DNA of 48,000 nucleotides from Anabaena sp. WA102 (GTDB lineage Bacteria; Cyanobacteriota; Cyanobacteriia; Cyanobacteriales; Nostocaceae): NCBI RefSeq assembly GCF_001277295.1, contig NZ_CP011456.1, positions 3,867,783 to 3,915,782 of the forward strand, read 5' to 3'. Shown piece by piece: positions 47,507 to 48,000 of this stretch (position 1 is its first letter; each line of letters starts with the position of its first letter). The notes under the pieces were generated by a model. It saw only the letters and a program-made list of their open reading frames with translations, ran no database searches and was not told where the DNA came from. The position numbers and the translations under genes were made by a program.

Positions 47507-47867
47507 CAAGGAGCAAGCTAAACAGTCAATTGAAAAATATTCTGACTTTCTACTGGAAAAGGTAGAAGCTGGTTCACAGGTGCGCGTAGATATTAAACAA
47601 CTTAAACGTTCCAGTGACGATAAACTCACTGATGAATTAGTTGAGTCATTATTATTTTTACCAGAGAAAAATCATAATATCTAACTTTTGATAGATGACA
47701 ATGTATTTACTTAGTGCATATTTCAACTTTATACAAGTTAAAAATGAGGAAAAATAGAAAATCAGCAAATTTTCCTGAATTTAGCTGTTTTTGCTATTGC
47801 CTTTTTTTTGGGAATGTGTTTATTATCTTAAAAGATATAATACTTGTTACATCAAGCAATAAACCAG

Positions 47868-48000
47868 ATGTTGAAAAAACCATTGCTGGTCAAAAAAACC
47901 GAAATTGGGGGGCTAATTCGGGAGTTTCGCCTGTTGACTGGACTTACCCAGGAACAGTTCGGCGCTTATCTAGGCGTAACCTATGCCACTATTAACCGTT
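47868..48000 (+). CDS. XRE-family (Cro/C1-type HTH) transcriptional regulator, N-terminal part; runs off the right edge
   Basis: Own translation from ATG 47868: MLKKPLLVKKTEIGGLIREFRLLTGLTQEQFGAYLGVTYATINR. The LTQEQ...LGV....I.R pattern is a classic HTH_3 motif. Confidence 0.55.
   Translation, partial: MLKKPLLVKKTEIGGLIREFRLLTGLTQEQFGAYLGVTYATINR

Noticed and set aside
47402-47629. 75-aa minus-strand ORF, and the 93-aa ORF at 47714-47995(+)
   Set aside because: The first overlaps the group II intron domain V/VI structure and has odd composition. The second starts with a non-ATG codon and is out of frame with the convincing XRE-type HTH reading frame that starts at 47868.

Overview
48-kb chromosomal window from a filamentous, Nostocales-type cyanobacterium. 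This is inferred from 13 HIP1 GCGATCGC sites seen by eye, many STRR heptamer tracts, and gene content (ldpA, PAM68-like, R3H/AAA ycf45-like, pilB-pilT-pilC).

Backbone genes, left to right:
- GH57 (partial) and a Ser/Thr kinase fused to an FGE-sulfatase-like domain.
- The heat-shock locus grpE / dnaK / dnaJ-tusA-like-rsgA. A decayed IS607-type element and a MITE interrupt it.
- pilB-pilT-pilC, followed by an atypical thymidylate-synthase-fold fusion protein.
- An Rpn/DUF4351-type gene with a duplicated 3' end, a CPBP protease, an R3H-AAA ATPase, ldpA, MOSC, lepB and pyrC.
- A TPR/trypsin-like protease three-gene operon, then tsaE, Uma2, yvcK-like and ruvC.
- An RTX/FG-GAP/LamG pseudogene broken up by MITEs.
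- PAM68-like, rpsO, YggT-like, and a 51-aa lmo0937-type ORF that the ORF track missed.
- An IS982 copy, a group II intron domain V/VI remnant, and a partial XRE regulator.

Most interesting is a ~5.3-kb island (23034-28353) that looks AT-rich by eye. It is bounded by 83-bp direct repeats that duplicate the 3' end of the MOSC gene. It carries sbnA-sbnB (L-2,3-diaminopropionate synthesis), a heme-oxygenase-like iron enzyme and a permease. No NRPS, siderophore synthetase, methyltransferase or integrase is present. I read it as a candidate horizontally acquired pathway for an undescribed Dap-derived metabolite.

Secondary points:
- A TA-targeting 127-bp MITE family has four copies; one sits inside the dnaK stop codon and two are in-frame inside the RTX fragment.
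- In-frame STRR tracts lie inside rsgA and ldpA.
- The TPR-protease operon is uncharacterised.

All calls come from reading the sequence and the ORF translations. No database search was run.
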